50,265 nucleotides of DNA, from contig CAZNVW010000001.1 in assembly GCA_964576595.1 (NCBI GenBank), positions 1-50,265 on the forward strand. The letters are read 5' to 3'. The notes under the pieces were generated by a model. It was given only the letters and a program-made list of their open reading frames with translations. It was not told the origin of the DNA and made no database searches. The DNA comes from an uncultured Verrucomicrobiales bacterium. GTDB lineage: Bacteria > Verrucomicrobiota > Verrucomicrobiia > Verrucomicrobiales > Akkermansiaceae. Within the stretch, counting starts at the first letter, position 1; each line of letters starts with the position of its first letter. Shown piece after piece: positions 46,369 to 50,265 of the stretch. The position numbers and the translations under genes are program-made.

Positions 46369-47907
46369 ATGAAAATAGGACTCATCCAGCACAATCCCAC
46401 TCCCGGAGACTTCCCCCGCAATGTGCGCTCCCTGATTGACGGTTACCGCGAAGCTGCGGAAGCCGGAGCAGGCGTCGTTTTCACCCCCGCCCTGGCCCTC
46501 CCCGGAACGGGCTGCCGGGACCTGCTGAACCGCTCCCGCTTCGCCCTCCAGCTAAAAGACGCGCTGGCCTATATGGCGACGGAGGTCGGCCCCGTCCCCC
46601 TCTGCGTCGGAACGCTCACCCAAAACTACTATGGGGAATGGGAAGAGGCCTACGCCGTCCTCCAGCAGGGGGAAATCGTGGAGATCATCTCCTACGGCGA
46701 CGGGAGCGAATATGAACCGGCCCTGCTGGAAGTGGACGGCCTCGGCGTCCTCCTGCTCCCGGAAGGAACGGACTGCGCCCTTGAAACAAATGTCGATCTC
46801 ATCCTTTGCCCGTCCGCCACGCCCTGGTATCTCGGCAAGGAGGAAGAAGATTTGCAGGAGCAGCAGCTCCGCGCCCGCGAGCTCGCCCGCCCGCTCCTTT
46901 GGTGCGCTCCCGCCGGAGCAAGCGACCATGCCCTGTATAACGGGCAATCCTTCGCCCTGGATGCGGAAGGGACTTTGACGGGCCGCCTCGCCGCCTTTGC
47001 CGAAGGCACTCTGATTTTTGACACGGAGACCATGGAGTCCTCCGAAATCGCCTCTCCCCTCTGCGATGAAGAGGCCCTGTACACCGCCCTCGTCACCGCG
47101 CTCAAGGACTACTGCCGCAAGACGGGTCTCTCCTCCCTCTGTCTCGGACTGAGCGGCGGTATCGACTCCGCGCTCGCCGCCGTGATCGCGGCGGACGCCG
47201 TCGGAGCGGAGAACGTGCTGGGCCTCACCATGCCCAGCCCCTACTCCTCACAGGGCAGTGTGGATGACTCCCTCCAACTGGCAAAGAATCTCGGCATCCG
47301 CTGCGAAACGATTGCCGTGACGCCTGTCTTCGACGCCGTGAGGGAGAGTCTCGCGCCTCTCTTCGGCAACTTGCCGGAAGATGTCACCGAGGAGAACATG
47401 CAGTCCCGCATCCGCGGCCTTTTCCTGATGTCTGCGGCCAACAAGTTCGGACACATGCTTCTGAGCACCGGAAACAAGAGCGAAATCGCCGTCGGCTACT
47501 GCACCCTGTACGGCGACACCTGCGGCGGCATGGCTCCGCTCGGAGATCTCTACAAGGGGCAGGTGTACGCCCTCTCGCGCTGGATCAACCGGGACGGGGA
47601 AGTCATCCCCGCCGCCACGATAGAGAAGGCGCCCAGCGCGGAACTCCGCCCCGACCAGAAGGATCAGGACACCCTGCCCCCCTACGATATACTCGACGCC
47701 CTGCTCAAATTGATGGTCGAGGAGGAGCTCTCCCCGTCGGACATCATCGAACAGTACGACTTCGACGAGTCCACCGTCCGCTGGGTTCAGAGACGTCTTG
47801 CCCTGAATGAATGGAAACGGGGCCAGGCGCCCCTTGTTCCGCAAGTCTCCCGCAAGGCTTTCGGCCCGGGCCGCGACATGCCCATCGTCCAAAATTTCCG
47901 GGATTGA
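46369..47907 (+). CDS. nadE: NAD+ synthase (two-domain NadE: CN-hydrolase-like N-domain plus synthetase domain)
   Basis: PP-loop LGLSGGIDSALAAVIA, GNKSEIAVGYCTLYGD and SAELRPDQKDQDTLPPY. The N-terminal 230 aa or so resemble the nitrilase-like domain, but the catalytic residues are not apparent. Confidence 0.9.
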   Translation: MKIGLIQHNPTPGDFPRNVRSLIDGYREAAEAGAGVVFTPALALPGTGCRDLLNRSRFALQLKDALAYMATEVGPVPLCVGTLTQNYYGEWEEAYAVLQQGEIVEIISYGDGSEYEPALLEVDGLGVLLLPEGTDCALETNVDLILCPSATPWYLGKEEEDLQEQQLRARELARPLLWCAPAGASDHALYNGQSFALDAEGTLTGRLAAFAEGTLIFDTETMESSEIASPLCDEEALYTALVTALKDYCRKTGLSSLCLGLSGGIDSALAAVIAADAVGAENVLGLTMPSPYSSQGSVDDSLQLAKNLGIRCETIAVTPVFDAVRESLAPLFGNLPEDVTEENMQSRIRGLFLMSAANKFGHMLLSTGNKSEIAVGYCTLYGDTCGGMAPLGDLYKGQVYALSRWINRDGEVIPAATIEKAPSAELRPDQKDQDTLPPYDILDALLKLMVEEELSPSDIIEQYDFDESTVRWVQRRLALNEWKRGQAPLVPQVSRKAFGPGRDMPIVQNFRD

Positions 47908-48009
47908 ACTCTTTTTTCAAAATTCAGGCCTTTTAAACACCCTCGTAACAATCTTTTGTTTGATCTTGCCCTTTCAAAATGATAGCTGAGAGGCTCGAAC
48001 TTTACTTAC

Positions 48010-50244
<2,235 letters not shown>

Positions 50245-50265
50245 TTACCAAGAGACTTCTCTCTC

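Overview
This is a high-GC bacterial chromosomal window, roughly 60% GC by eye. Gene content suggests a Verrucomicrobia/Akkermansia-like gut organism: an autotransporter starting MKLHLPTRLRKALLA, a GH29 fucosidase with F5/8 type C domains, an SHD1-domain protein, and no obvious Shine-Dalgarno sites. That taxonomic call is inference only. Most of the window is densely packed housekeeping genes: recQ (truncated at the 5' edge), tsaB, citrate synthase, panE, dnaG, hisS, aspS, parA, fabG, hisF, ribBA-ribH-nusB, ftsY, manA, rlmN, lptF/G, a SulP transporter, nadE and hppA. I found no rRNA, tRNA, CRISPR array, transposase or integrase. The main outlier is a cassette of about 2.9 kb at roughly 37067-39940 with about 30% GC, inserted between rlmN and the fucosidase gene. 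It carries three tightly spaced ORFs, each with a signal peptide. The largest has a transglutaminase/PNGase-like Cys-His core followed by helical repeats. I cannot assign the two small ORFs to any family. The second anomaly is a GH36/raffinose-synthase-like gene at 9737-11820 with about 40-45% GC. It is broken by a +1 frameshift in a T7/A7 homopolymer, and its signal peptide is encoded out of frame. Smaller observations are a GC-rich long-range stem in the ribBA leader (not a canonical FMN riboswitch), a NusB with a large internal insertion, a NadE whose glutaminase domain looks degenerate, a beta-helix protein fused to a PDZ domain, and an orphan ABC ATPase in a mixed operon. The many long antisense ORFs are interpreted as high-GC shadow ORFs.
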